Source: Terriglobia bacterium
GTDB taxonomy: Bacteria; Acidobacteriota; Terriglobia; Versatilivoradales; Versatilivoraceae
Length of the DNA stretch: 64,000 bases
NCBI GenBank assembly: GCA_951813285.1
Contig: OX638355.1
Coordinates: 4,712,437-4,776,436, forward strand
Reading direction: 5' to 3'
How positions within the stretch are numbered: position 1 is the first letter of the stretch; each line of letters starts with the position of its first letter. Below the pieces are notes generated by a model. The model was not told the DNA's origin. It worked only from the letters and a program-made list of their open reading frames with translations, and made no database searches. Position numbers and translations under genes: made by a program. Of this stretch, positions 38,392-48,191 are shown in pieces.

Positions 38392-38603
38392 GGGGACGTT
38401 GTTTTATTACTGGAAAAATCGGGTGGAGCGACTCTGAAATGCTTTGGAAATGGACGGGAAGGGTCGACACCGGGTAGTGTGACAGGGCGTGCTGGGAAGC
38501 AGGTTCGTTCAGCCGAGTTCGACGAAGCGTCGGCTGGTCGTTATCCGCCGGCCAAGGCGTAGATGTCGGAATAGAGTTATTCCAGTAATTCAACTACATC
38601 CCC
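38392..38603. mobile_element. MITE-like element, family A long subfamily (212 bp), both termini intact
   Basis: GGGGACGTTGTTTTATTACTGGAA ... TTCCAGTAATTCAACTACATCCCC. Confidence 0.6.
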
Positions 38604-38727
38604 CGTACTTGCCGGAGACGCTTGAACCACCCCTCCCACCGAGCACCCATCCAGTCCCTTCTCCCCACCGCTTCAGGTATACTGGACGCCATTCACCCAT
38701 CGGAACCGAACTCACCGAGGAGACACC

Positions 38728-39336
38728 ATGCTCTCGCGTATCCCCATCCTGGTGGCGCTTGCCGCCCTTTCGCTCGGCTTGGGCTGTCAATCGCCGACGC
38801 CGGAACAGTCGGGCGCCGTCGACGTACTGGACGACTTCGAAAAGGACTTTTTCGTTGCTTTCGGAGACCCGGCCTCCTGGAAGGCCGAGGGGGGCGTCAT
38901 CCAGTGCAACGGTACGCCCAACGGGTATCTCTCCACCCGGAAGTCCTACTCCAATTACGTTCTGACGCTGGAGTTCCGCTACCCCGAGCAGGCCGGCAAC
39001 AGCGGCGTGTTCCACTACATCTCCGGGGAGCACAAGGTGTGGCCGGCCTGCGTGGAGGTCCAGGGCCTCTATTCGCGGCTGGCGCAGATCTTTCCCTTGG
39101 GGGGCGCCGAGGGTCCCCGAAGCGACGGCGACGAGGAGGCGCGCACCCGGGCCCGCAAGCCGCACACCGAGTGGAACCGGCTCGATATCACCTCGCGGGA
39201 CGGCGTGATCGGCGCCAAGCTCAACGGAGTCTTCATTGGAGAGAGCGGGCCCTATCCAGTGCGCCAGGGGCCGATCGGCCTCCAGTCGGAAGGGGCGCCG
39301 GTGCATTTCCGCAATATCGAGATTCGGGAGTTTTGA
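38728..39336 (+). CDS. DUF1080 (3-keto-disaccharide hydrolase / LamG-like) domain lipoprotein
   Basis: Signal plus lipobox 'LSLGLGCQS'. 'W..EGGVI','NSGVF','WN.L.I...GVIGAKLNG','GPIGLQSEGAPVHFRNIEIRE' match the PF06439-type pattern. Confidence 0.8.
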   Translation: MLSRIPILVALAALSLGLGCQSPTPEQSGAVDVLDDFEKDFFVAFGDPASWKAEGGVIQCNGTPNGYLSTRKSYSNYVLTLEFRYPEQAGNSGVFHYISGEHKVWPACVEVQGLYSRLAQIFPLGGAEGPRSDGDEEARTRARKPHTEWNRLDITSRDGVIGAKLNGVFIGESGPYPVRQGPIGLQSEGAPVHFRNIEIREF

Positions 39337-39342
39337 GATTTC

Positions 39343-40809
39343 TCAGGCCAGCAGTGCTTTCACCACGTGGGCGGACTCGACCCCGGTGAGCTTGGCGTCC
39401 AGGCCCTGGTGGCGGTAGGTGAAGCGTTCGTGGTCGATGCCGAACAGGTGCAGGATGGTGGCCTGGTAGTCCCGAATGTGGACCGGGTCTTTGACGATGT
39501 TGTAGGAGAAGTCGTCGGTCTCCCCGTGAACCACGCCGCCCTTTACGCCGCCCCCGGCCATCCACAGGCTGTAGCAGCGGGGATGGTGGTCTCGTCCGTA
39601 GTTGGTGGGCGTCAACTCGCCCTGGGAGTAGATGGTGCGGCCGAATTCTCCGCCCCAGATGACCAGGGTGTCTTCGAAGAGCCCGCGCTCCTTGAGGTCC
39701 TGAATCAACGCCCATGAAGCCTTGTCTACGTCCCTTGCCTGCGCCGGGAGCACTTCGGGGGCCGAGGAGTGAACGTCCCAGCCGCGGTGGTAGATCTGCA
39801 CGAAGCGCACGCCCCGCTCCACCAGCCGGCGGGCCATCAGGGCGGCGTTCTGGAACTTGCCCGGCTGCCTGGCCTCCTCCCCCCAGCGCTTGAAGGTGCT
39901 TTTCGGCTCGCTGGAGAGGTCGCTCATCTCCGGCACCGAGGACTGCATTCGGAAGGCCATCTCGTACTGCTCGATACGGGCCAGGGTCTCCGGGTTCCCC
40001 ACTTCCTGGTGCCGCATCCGGTTCAACTCGCCGAGACCGTCCAGCATCTTGCGCCGCACCTGTCGGGAGACTCCCCCGGGGTCCTTCAGGTAGAGCACCG
40101 GCTCGTCTCCTCCGCGCAGCCCCACGCCGGCGTACTTCGGGGAGAGGAATCCCGAGCTCCACAGCTTGGCCGAGATAGCTTGAACTCCTGCCTTGGGATG
40201 GCTTTTCTCGGCGTTCATCACCACGAAGGTGGGCAGGTCCCGGTTCATGCTTCCCAGGCCGTAGGAGATCCAGGAGCCGATGCATGGTCGTCCGGGAATC
40301 TGGCGGCCCGTCTGGATGAAGGTGATGGCGGGCTCGTGGTTGATGGCCTCGGTGTGCATGGAGCGAATGATGGCGATGTCGTCGACCATGCTGGCCGTAT
40401 GGGGCAGCAGCTCGGAGATCCAGGCGCCGCTGCCGCCGTGCTGCTTGAAGTCGAAGACGGAGGGAGCAATGGGAAAGCGCGCCTGGCCCGAGGTCATGGT
40501 GGTCAAGCGCTGACCCCGGCGTACCGATTCCGGAAGGTCCTTGTCGTACCACTCCCTCATTTTGGGTTTGTAGTCCAGCAGGTCCATCTGCGGCGGCGCC
40601 CCCATCATGTGCAGGTAGATGCAGCGCTTGGCCTTGGGGGCGAAGTGGGGCAGGTGGGCCAGCCCGCCAACCGTCTCGGCCGTGCCGCCGGCCTCCAGGA
40701 GATCTTCGGCCAGGAGGCTGCCCAGGGCGATTCCGGCGATCCCCTTGGCTCCCCGCCGGAAGAAATGGCGCCGGGTTTCCGTCAGGATGGCTTCCTGGTG
40801 TGGATGCAT
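39343..40809 (-). CDS. DUF1501 (sulfatase-like) protein with Tat signal
   Basis: Twin-arginine 'TRRHFFRRGAKGIAGIALG'. Conserved DUF1501 segments 'FVQIYHRGWDVHS','WGGEFGRT','GRDHHP'. Confidence 0.9.
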   Translation of the reverse strand: MHPHQEAILTETRRHFFRRGAKGIAGIALGSLLAEDLLEAGGTAETVGGLAHLPHFAPKAKRCIYLHMMGAPPQMDLLDYKPKMREWYDKDLPESVRRGQRLTTMTSGQARFPIAPSVFDFKQHGGSGAWISELLPHTASMVDDIAIIRSMHTEAINHEPAITFIQTGRQIPGRPCIGSWISYGLGSMNRDLPTFVVMNAEKSHPKAGVQAISAKLWSSGFLSPKYAGVGLRGGDEPVLYLKDPGGVSRQVRRKMLDGLGELNRMRHQEVGNPETLARIEQYEMAFRMQSSVPEMSDLSSEPKSTFKRWGEEARQPGKFQNAALMARRLVERGVRFVQIYHRGWDVHSSAPEVLPAQARDVDKASWALIQDLKERGLFEDTLVIWGGEFGRTIYSQGELTPTNYGRDHHPRCYSLWMAGGGVKGGVVHGETDDFSYNIVKDPVHIRDYQATILHLFGIDHERFTYRHQGLDAKLTGVESAHVVKALLA

Positions 40810-40906
40810 CTCGAATCCCTCCCATTGGAAGACGGGGTCCGGTGACCGGGAGGCTCCCTTGGCTCCAGTCGCCCTCCGGGGCTGTCGCGTCCCGGCAGGG
40901 ACACCC

Positions 40907-43900
40907 CTACTTGTTCAGGACCTCGTCCAGGTTCATCAACTGGCTGGTCAACATGGTCCAGACGGCCGACTCGGCGGCCGGCAGCGCCTCATCGGGCGCC
41001 GACTCTCCGGTGGCCAGCAGTTTCCCGGCCTCCCGGCCGGCCGATCCGTAATACTCGACAAACTCCCGGTAGGTCCGCCGGGCTACCTCTCGTTCCACCG
41101 GTCTCAGCTCGCGGGCCAGCAGCCGGGTGGTGATGAAGTCCAGCCGCCGGTCGAAGTCGGCGCCGGCGTCGCGCATGGCCCGCTGAGCCAGATAGCGGGC
41201 AGCTTCCATGAACTGGGTGTCGTTCATGGTGACCAGCGCCTGCAGCGGCGTATTGGTTCGTTCCCGGCGCACGGTGGCGTGCTCGCGGGTGGGCGCGTTG
41301 AAGATTTCCATGGAGGCCGGAGGCGCCGAGCGTTTCCAGAAGGTGTAGAGGCTGCGGCGATAGAGCTTGGAGCCGCTGTCCGGCCGGTAGGTCCGGGTAT
41401 TGCTGGTGGGCATGGCCACCCTCTCCCAGACCCCGTCCGGCTGGTAGGGCTTGACGCTTGGCCCCCCGATCTTGCGAACCAGCAGACCGCTGGCCGCCAG
41501 GGCGTAGTCCCGGAGCATCTCGCCGTCCATGCGGAAGCTGGGCCCGCGGGACAACAGCAGATTGCGCGGATCTTTCTCGAGCTTCTCGGGGGTGAGCACC
41601 GCCGCCTGGCGATAGGTGGCCGAAGTCACCAGGGTGCTAAAGAAGCGCTTGATGTCCCAGCCCGAGCGGCGAAACTCCACCGCCAGCCAGTCCAGCATCT
41701 CCGGATGGGAGGGACGCTTCCCCTGGGAGCCGAAGTCGTCGCTGGTTTCCACCAGCCCCGTGCCGAACACTTCCTGCCAGTAGCGGTTCACCACCACCCG
41801 GCCCGTCAGCGGATTGGAGGGGTCTATCAGCCAGCGGGCCAGTCCCAGCCGGTTGCGGGGCCAGGAGGCCGGCATGGGGTGCAGAGCCGAGGGCGTCCGG
41901 GCCTTCACCAGCTCGCGCGGCTGATCGTAGTTGCCGCGGTAGAGGATACGGGCCTCGGGTTGGCTGTCGGCTCTCTCCTGCATGACGTGGGTGATCCCGC
42001 CTCGCCGCCGCACCTCTCGCCACTCCTTCTCGATCTCCCGGGCGCGGGCTATCAGCCGGCGATAACGGTCGTCCTCGACAGTCAGGTAGTAGAGGCGCAA
42101 GGCCGACCGCTCCTCGGGGGACAGCGCCTGGGTTTTCTTGTGCCGGGCGCTTTCCAGACTGGACCAGAGCGAAACTACCTTGGCTTCGCGGGCCGAGATC
42201 GCACGATTGAAGATTCTGAGATCGGCGATGCCGCCCCCTGAAAAGCTGCTCACCTCGGGAACGGCGAGGTCCCCGACCTTGGTCAGACCCCGGCCCAGAT
42301 AGAGCGGCTGGTCGGTCCGGATACTGCCCTCGACCCGAGTGAAATACTCGCTGCCCTGGGACTCGATGGTCTCGCCGTTCCAGTAGAGCCCCAGACCGGC
42401 CCGCTCTCCGGAGCCGTCATAGGTCAATACAATGTGAGTCCACTCACCCGGAGGCAGCCGCCGGGTGTTGATGGGACGGATCTGCACCGAGCTGGCCGGT
42501 TTCTCGGGGGCCGGCTTCTCTCCCGTCAGGGTGAGGACGAGCTGCCGCGAGCGGCTGATCAAGGTCCAGCCGCGGGAGTGATCGTCAGGGTCGGACTGGC
42601 CCATCACGGCAAAGGTCCCCACCACCTCGGGCTGGTAGTACCACAAGGCGATGGAAAAGGGCGTGTCGGTGTCGAGTTCCAGGCTGGGCAGCCCCGCCCA
42701 CGATTCCTCCCCGAACCGCAGCGAGCGCTGGTTCCTTGTGGGCCCCTCGCGCACCTTTGCTCCCTCACGGAGGACGACCTTCTTTCGTTTTCCCTCGATC
42801 TCCGCGGAGGCCTTGCGGCCCAGCCGGAGCCGCAACAGCTCCGCCGATGCTTCCAGCGGCGCCTGCAGCGAGCGGTGACGGTCGGCTGCCAGCCAGTCGG
42901 AGAAGGCCCCGTCGACGGAAGTGGCGCGGCTCTCGATCCCTTCTTCCACTTCAGCGGCTTCCCGGCGAAGCCGGTGCCAGCGGTCCAGGTCCTGAGCCTC
43001 CGGAACCACCAGCACCGGCGGAGGATCGGAGATGTTGCCGTCCATCACGTACTGGGTGGTGTTCCTGAAGAAGGCCGTCAGGGCGTAGAAGTCCCGCTGG
43101 GTAATGGGATCGAACTTGTGATCGTGGCAGGTGGCGCATCCCACGGTGAGGCCGAGGAAGACCAGGCCGGTGGTATCGGCCCGGTCCTTGGCGTAGATGG
43201 CCTCGTACTCTTCGGGAATGACCCCGCCCTCGTTGGTGGTGATGTTGCATCGATGAAAGCCGGTGGCCACCAGCCGCTCCAGGTCGGCTTCGGGCAGCAT
43301 GTCGCCCGCGATCTGTTCGACCGTGAACTCGTCGAAGGGCTTGTTCCGGTTGAAGGCCCGGATCACCCAGTCGCGGTAGGGCCACATCTCCCGATAGTTG
43401 TCGATGTGGATGCCGTGGGTATCTCCGTAGCGGGCCGCGTCCAGCCAGTAGCGGGCACGGTGCTCGCCCCAGTGCTTCGACTCCATGAGGCGGTCGACCA
43501 GGGTTTCGTAGGCGCTGTCGGAATCGTCGGCCAGGAAGGCGGCCAGGGTTCCCGGGTCGGGAGGCAGTCCCGTCAGATCCAGGGCCAGTCGGCGGGCCAG
43601 GGTGTTCTTGTCGGCTTCGGGAGCCGGCGCCAGACCCTCGGCTTCCAGACGGGCCAGGACGAAGCGGTCCAGCGGGTTGCGGACCCAGGAGGAGTCTTTC
43701 ACCGGAGGCGGTTCGGGCCTGCCGATGGGCTTGAAGGACCAGTGCCGGTCCCAGGCGGCTCCCTGCCGGATCCACTGCCGGAGCGTGTCGATCTGTTGGC
43801 TGTTCAGAGGCCTCTTGGAGTGGGCGGGCGGCATCCGCAGGGCCGGCTGGGGATGGGAGATGCGCTGGTAGAGCAGGCTGGCCTCGGGATCGCCTGGGAC

Positions 43901-44143
43901 GATCAGGCTTCCGCTGGGCCGCTGCGAGAAGGCTCCCTCCCGGGTATCGAACCGCAGATCCACCATCCGCGTGGCCGCATCGGGCCCGTGGCACTCGAAG
44001 CAGTGGTTGGAGAGGATGGGACGAACGTCCCGCTGGAAGTCGACGGTGGCTGCGCCCGACGGGGGCGGTTCGGCCGGGGAGCGTTCCACCCCCAGCAACA
44101 CCATCGCCGCCATGACCACAACGGCACCCGTTACGACCTTCAC
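40907..44143 (-). CDS. DUF1549/DUF1553 protein with N-terminal planctomycete-type cytochrome c motif (PSCyt) and LamG-like region
   Basis: Signal peptide, 'CFECHGP' (CXXCH) near the N-terminus, 1078 aa. Canonical partner of DUF1501 immediately downstream. Confidence 0.9.
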   Translation of the reverse strand: MKVVTGAVVVMAAMVLLGVERSPAEPPPSGAATVDFQRDVRPILSNHCFECHGPDAATRMVDLRFDTREGAFSQRPSGSLIVPGDPEASLLYQRISHPQPALRMPPAHSKRPLNSQQIDTLRQWIRQGAAWDRHWSFKPIGRPEPPPVKDSSWVRNPLDRFVLARLEAEGLAPAPEADKNTLARRLALDLTGLPPDPGTLAAFLADDSDSAYETLVDRLMESKHWGEHRARYWLDAARYGDTHGIHIDNYREMWPYRDWVIRAFNRNKPFDEFTVEQIAGDMLPEADLERLVATGFHRCNITTNEGGVIPEEYEAIYAKDRADTTGLVFLGLTVGCATCHDHKFDPITQRDFYALTAFFRNTTQYVMDGNISDPPPVLVVPEAQDLDRWHRLRREAAEVEEGIESRATSVDGAFSDWLAADRHRSLQAPLEASAELLRLRLGRKASAEIEGKRKKVVLREGAKVREGPTRNQRSLRFGEESWAGLPSLELDTDTPFSIALWYYQPEVVGTFAVMGQSDPDDHSRGWTLISRSRQLVLTLTGEKPAPEKPASSVQIRPINTRRLPPGEWTHIVLTYDGSGERAGLGLYWNGETIESQGSEYFTRVEGSIRTDQPLYLGRGLTKVGDLAVPEVSSFSGGGIADLRIFNRAISAREAKVVSLWSSLESARHKKTQALSPEERSALRLYYLTVEDDRYRRLIARAREIEKEWREVRRRGGITHVMQERADSQPEARILYRGNYDQPRELVKARTPSALHPMPASWPRNRLGLARWLIDPSNPLTGRVVVNRYWQEVFGTGLVETSDDFGSQGKRPSHPEMLDWLAVEFRRSGWDIKRFFSTLVTSATYRQAAVLTPEKLEKDPRNLLLSRGPSFRMDGEMLRDYALAASGLLVRKIGGPSVKPYQPDGVWERVAMPTSNTRTYRPDSGSKLYRRSLYTFWKRSAPPASMEIFNAPTREHATVRRERTNTPLQALVTMNDTQFMEAARYLAQRAMRDAGADFDRRLDFITTRLLARELRPVEREVARRTYREFVEYYGSAGREAGKLLATGESAPDEALPAAESAVWTMLTSQLMNLDEVLNK

Positions 44144-44232
44144 CGGCTTGCCTCCTATTAAGACATGGATCCCGGTATTCTAGCCGATTCCGGAGGAAAA
44201 TCTCCAGACCCGCTGTTCTGGCCGGTTCCCCG

Positions 44233-45165
44233 TCAGTGAACCTTCTCAGGGCTCATGATCTGCTCCAGGACGTCCATGCCCACCTGCCGGCTCCAGGCCT
44301 TGGTCAAGCGGTCGAACAGCGGACCCGGCTTCCCGTCGGCGATGGTCAGCCCGTTCACCCTGGTGACCGGGGCGATGCCATAGGGAGTGGTGGCCAGGAA
44401 GGCCTCGTCGGCGTTCACCACGTCGTGAACCTGCAGATTCTTCTCAATGAAAGGAATCTGCAGCTCCCGGGCCAGCTCGCTCGCGTTGAGCAGGCTGATG
44501 CCGCCCAGGATGTTGCGGCTGGTGGGCGACAGCAGCCTTCCGTTCTTGGCGATCAGGAAGTTGGCGCCGCTGGCCTCGCTGATGTTGCCGTCCAGGTCGA
44601 GCAGCACGGTGATGGCCTCGGGGTCGACCAGGCGGGCCTCCTGCTCCGCCAGCCACCAGTGCAGCCGGCTGCGGTTCTTGACCTTGGGATCGAGGCATTC
44701 GGGGGGCACGTGCCGAATGGAGGGAATGACCACGTGGGCGCCCTCCCGAAACAGCGGTTGCCAGGTGGCGAACTGCATGGGATAGGTGTGGATGCAGAAG
44801 GTCGGCGCCTGGTGCACCGCCCCCTCGGGCAGCCCGCCGTAGACGGCATTCTCCCCGGGGGTGATGAAGTAGACGATGGCCAGGTCGTCCGACTGGCCGA
44901 TTCCCTGCAGGTTGTGCTCCAGCAGCTCCAGGGTGACCTCGCGGGTCTCCTCATGAGTCAGCAGCGGCTGGATGCGGGCGTACTTGCAGGATGCATAGAA
45001 GCGGGTCAAATGATCGTCCAGGCGGAAGGGTTTGTGACCATAGGTCCGGACCAGGTCGGTCACGGTGGCCCCCAGGATGATGCCCCAGTCGTAGTAGGCA
45101 ATCCTGGCTTGAGAGGCCGGAACGATGGCGTCTCGAAAATAGACGACGGGTTCGAAAGCCGGCAT
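44233..45165 (-). CDS. Class-IV PLP aminotransferase (branched-chain / D-amino-acid aminotransferase family)
   Basis: 310 aa. Fold-type IV pattern 'EAFLATTPYGIAPVTRVNG'. Confidence 0.85.
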   Translation of the reverse strand: MPAFEPVVYFRDAIVPASQARIAYYDWGIILGATVTDLVRTYGHKPFRLDDHLTRFYASCKYARIQPLLTHEETREVTLELLEHNLQGIGQSDDLAIVYFITPGENAVYGGLPEGAVHQAPTFCIHTYPMQFATWQPLFREGAHVVIPSIRHVPPECLDPKVKNRSRLHWWLAEQEARLVDPEAITVLLDLDGNISEASGANFLIAKNGRLLSPTSRNILGGISLLNASELARELQIPFIEKNLQVHDVVNADEAFLATTPYGIAPVTRVNGLTIADGKPGPLFDRLTKAWSRQVGMDVLEQIMSPEKVH

Positions 45166-45263
45166 GGCGTCCTCACTTTCTCACACAGTGGCGTTGGTTG
45201 GTTAATCGGATAGCTTCGATTCTTGTCTCACAGGGATGAACAGGATGGATCCACCGAATCCGG

Positions 45264-46016
45264 TCAGTAACTGAGAAAGCCGCCGTCCACGATCAACGTG
45301 GTTCCGTGCACGAAGCTGGCGTCGTCGGAGGCCAGAAAGGCGGCGGCGGCGCCGATCTCCTCCGGCAGCCCGCGGCGGGCCAGCGGAGTTTTTCGAACAT
45401 AGGTGCGGTCCACCCCCAGATCATCCAATTCCTGGCCGAGCTGCTGGTTCTTCTCGACCACGATGTCGCCCGGCGCGATGCCCACCACCCGGATGCCGTG
45501 GGAAGAAAGGTCCAGGGCCATGGCCTTGGTCAGCCCCTCCATCCCGCCCTTGCTGGCGCAGTAGGCGGCCGCCCAGCTCTGGGCCGCGTAGGCCCCTACC
45601 GAGGAGATGTTGATGATGACGCCCTGGCCCCGGGAGGCCATGTGGCGGGCGGCGAGCTGAGAGCAGAGAAAGGTCCCCTTCAGGTTCACATCCAGGATGT
45701 TGTCCCAGGCCTCCTCCGAACACTCCAGAAAAGGCGTGAGCGCGGGCAATCCGGTCACGGCGGCATTGTTGACCAGGATGTCGATCTGCCCGTAGTGGCG
45801 GAGCGTCTCCTCGAACAGCCGCTCAACCTGAAGCCGGGAAGAGACGTCACAGGCCAGGGCCCGGCCGCCCAGCTCTCCCGCCGTTCGTTCGGCCACCGCC
45901 AGGCGGCGTTGAGCCAGCATCAAGCGGGCTCCCTCCCGGGCGAAGCACTTGGCGATTCCCTTGCCGATTCCGGTACCCCCTCCGGTGATGACGGCCACCT
46001 TGTCCTTGAGTTTCAT
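45264..46016 (-). CDS. SDR-family oxidoreductase (3-oxoacyl-ACP reductase-like)
   Basis: 'KVAVITGGGTGIGKGIA','NNAA','YCASKGG'. Confidence 0.9.
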   Translation of the reverse strand: MKLKDKVAVITGGGTGIGKGIAKCFAREGARLMLAQRRLAVAERTAGELGGRALACDVSSRLQVERLFEETLRHYGQIDILVNNAAVTGLPALTPFLECSEEAWDNILDVNLKGTFLCSQLAARHMASRGQGVIINISSVGAYAAQSWAAAYCASKGGMEGLTKAMALDLSSHGIRVVGIAPGDIVVEKNQQLGQELDDLGVDRTYVRKTPLARRGLPEEIGAAAAFLASDDASFVHGTTLIVDGGFLSY

Positions 46017-46089
46017 GGTGTCCTCTCCCGCAGCCTTTGTTCAGGCCCCGGTGGCGGCGGTTGCGCCTCCAAGGGCGGCTCGCCCATCC

Positions 46090-47163
46090 TCAGGCTTCGG
46101 AAGCCAGGGCCGCGATGTTCTCGCCCGGGTAGATGCGGGGCGTGGCCCGCATCAGCATCAACACACCCTCGGCGGGAGCCGTGATCTCCTCGACCACCCT
46201 TCCGTCCAGGCTGCGGATAATACCCAGCAGGTCTCCCCGGCGCACTCGCGCACCGATCTCCAGGGCGCCGAAAAACAATCCACCCTGCCGGCACTTGATG
46301 GCCACGTCCATGTCTCCGGATCCCCCCAGCAGCCAGGGGCGATAGCCCGCGGGTAGGCCCGCGCCCTCCAACACCGTCATGTCGAGAAACTTCAACAGGT
46401 TGGCCAGCCCCTGGGTGTAGCAGTCCACGTCCTCGGGCCGCACGTGGCCGGCTCCATAGGCCTCGGTATAGAGAGAAGGGATGCCCAGCTCCAGGGTAGC
46501 CGAGAGGGTTCTCCCCGGAGATGTGTTGGGATGGGCCCAGACCACCGGGGCTCCAAAGGCGAGGGCGGCTTCCCGGGCGACGGCGGCCTGCTTTCCCAGC
46601 ATGGAGTAACCGCAAAGCGTCAACATGTGATAGTTGCGCCCCGAACTGTGCAGGTCGATGTAGAAGCTGGCATGGCGCAACACCCGCTGCAGCACGGCCT
46701 GGGCCAGCCGCTGGCTGAAGCTGCCATCGGCGCTGCCCGGAAACACCCGCGCCATATTGAGGGAGTCGACGGGATTGCAGCGGATGCCGAGCCAGAAAGC
46801 CGTCAGGGTGACAATGGGCACGGCCACGAAAGTCCCTACCAGCCTGCCGGGATCGAGGGCCTCATAGGTCCGGTAGATGGCTTCCATCCCCTCGTATTCG
46901 TCGCCATGAACCCCGGCCGTCACCACCAATGTGGGTCCGTCCTGGCGGCCCCTGGCAGTCAGGACGGGCATTGACAGCCTCCGGCCATCGAACTGCAGGG
47001 CCATCTCGGCGGCGATGCGTTCTTCCGGGCAAAACCCGCTGGAGGCCAGAAAGCTCTGCCGGGCCAGGTCTCCCAGTCCCTCGGGCAGATCCACCGAAAA
47101 GGAACGGATTCCCTTGGATTCCCTGGCGATGGCTTCGATGTCGAATTCAGGCGGTCGGCTCAT
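46090..47163 (-). CDS. Succinylglutamate desuccinylase / aspartoacylase (AstE/AspA) family zinc deacylase
   Basis: From 'MSRPPEFDIE'. 'VVTAGVHGDEYEG' and 'IDLHSSG' are the zinc-ligand motifs of this family. Confidence 0.8.
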   Translation of the reverse strand: MSRPPEFDIEAIARESKGIRSFSVDLPEGLGDLARQSFLASSGFCPEERIAAEMALQFDGRRLSMPVLTARGRQDGPTLVVTAGVHGDEYEGMEAIYRTYEALDPGRLVGTFVAVPIVTLTAFWLGIRCNPVDSLNMARVFPGSADGSFSQRLAQAVLQRVLRHASFYIDLHSSGRNYHMLTLCGYSMLGKQAAVAREAALAFGAPVVWAHPNTSPGRTLSATLELGIPSLYTEAYGAGHVRPEDVDCYTQGLANLLKFLDMTVLEGAGLPAGYRPWLLGGSGDMDVAIKCRQGGLFFGALEIGARVRRGDLLGIIRSLDGRVVEEITAPAEGVLMLMRATPRIYPGENIAALASEA

Positions 47164-47182
47164 TGGACTCCTATTAGATCCT

Positions 47183-48172
47183 TCACTCCTCCAAGGCCAC
47201 CGGGGCGCCCTGTCTCCAGGACTGAATAATGGCCTCGACAATACGCATGGACTGAATAGCCTCGCGGGCCGGGCTTTCGGGTGGACGGCGACCGTCCACC
47301 GCATCCAGGAAAGCCTGGTGCTCGTCGGCCATCAAGGGGTCCCGCTCCAGGTCGAAGGTGCGGACGGTTTCCGACTCGGTATCGCGATTGCCCAGTCGCA
47401 GCGAATTGGAGCGCATGTCGAAAAGAGCCCAGCCCCGGTCCCCGATCACTTCGCAGGCGCCGCGGTCGGGATGCTGCACGTAGTTCATGTGAATGGTGGC
47501 GATCAGCGGTTCCTGGTACTCCAGGGTGACGGCCATCAGATTGGGATTGGACTGCAGCGGCAGTTCTCCGCCCCGGCAGCCGGCGGCATAGACCCTGACC
47601 GGCATCTTCCCCAACCACCAGTAATAGAGGTCGGGCTGGTGGGCGTAGTCCATGGCGATGGCCCCCTCCACCTCGGCCTGGTGCCGAGAGATGGAGTTCA
47701 TCAGGGTGAGATAGGTCCCCACGTGGAAGTGCAGCGAGAGGATGCGCCCGAAGGCTCCTTCCCGGATGAGCTCCTTCAGGTGCTGCATCACCGGATGGAA
47801 GTGGTAGGTGAACCCCACGCTGAAGACCCGGCGACCGGCCTCGGCCGCCTCGAGCATTCGCTTGGCTTGAGCCAGGCTGTCGCTCATGGGCTTTTCGCAA
47901 AGCACGTGGCACCCGACCTGGAGCGACCGAATCGCCATTTCGGCATGCAATCGGTGGGGTGTGGCGATCACCACCATTTCCGGGCGAGTGGCCAGCAGGC
48001 TCTCGAAGGACGTATGGGTCGGAACCTCGCCCACTTCCCGCAAGGCCCGCTGCAGGTGGTCGGGATGGGATTCGCACAGCTCCACCGCGAGCTCCGGCCG
48101 GGCCGACAACACGCGGGCGTGCCGGCGTCCGATGGATCCGCAGCCGACCACTGCAATGCGCCTCTGGGCCAT
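47183..48172 (-). CDS. Gfo/Idh/MocA-family NAD(P)-dependent oxidoreductase
   Basis: 'RIAVVGCGSIGRRHA','VLCEKPM'. Confidence 0.85.
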   Translation of the reverse strand: MAQRRIAVVGCGSIGRRHARVLSARPELAVELCESHPDHLQRALREVGEVPTHTSFESLLATRPEMVVIATPHRLHAEMAIRSLQVGCHVLCEKPMSDSLAQAKRMLEAAEAGRRVFSVGFTYHFHPVMQHLKELIREGAFGRILSLHFHVGTYLTLMNSISRHQAEVEGAIAMDYAHQPDLYYWWLGKMPVRVYAAGCRGGELPLQSNPNLMAVTLEYQEPLIATIHMNYVQHPDRGACEVIGDRGWALFDMRSNSLRLGNRDTESETVRTFDLERDPLMADEHQAFLDAVDGRRPPESPAREAIQSMRIVEAIIQSWRQGAPVALEE

Positions 48173-48191
48173 TCTCCGTCTGCCTTTCAGA

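Noticed and set aside
39233-40825. 530-aa minus-strand ORF in an alternative frame of the DUF1501 gene
   Set aside because: It is on the same strand but in a different frame. It is Gly/Arg/Pro-rich, whereas the 39343..40809 frame carries the Tat signal and DUF1501 motifs.
40619-44161. Plus-strand ORFs 40619..42241 (540 aa) and 42434..44161 (575 aa) antisense to the DUF1553 gene
   Set aside because: Antisense to a 1078-aa gene with signal peptide and CXXCH motif. No recognisable domains.
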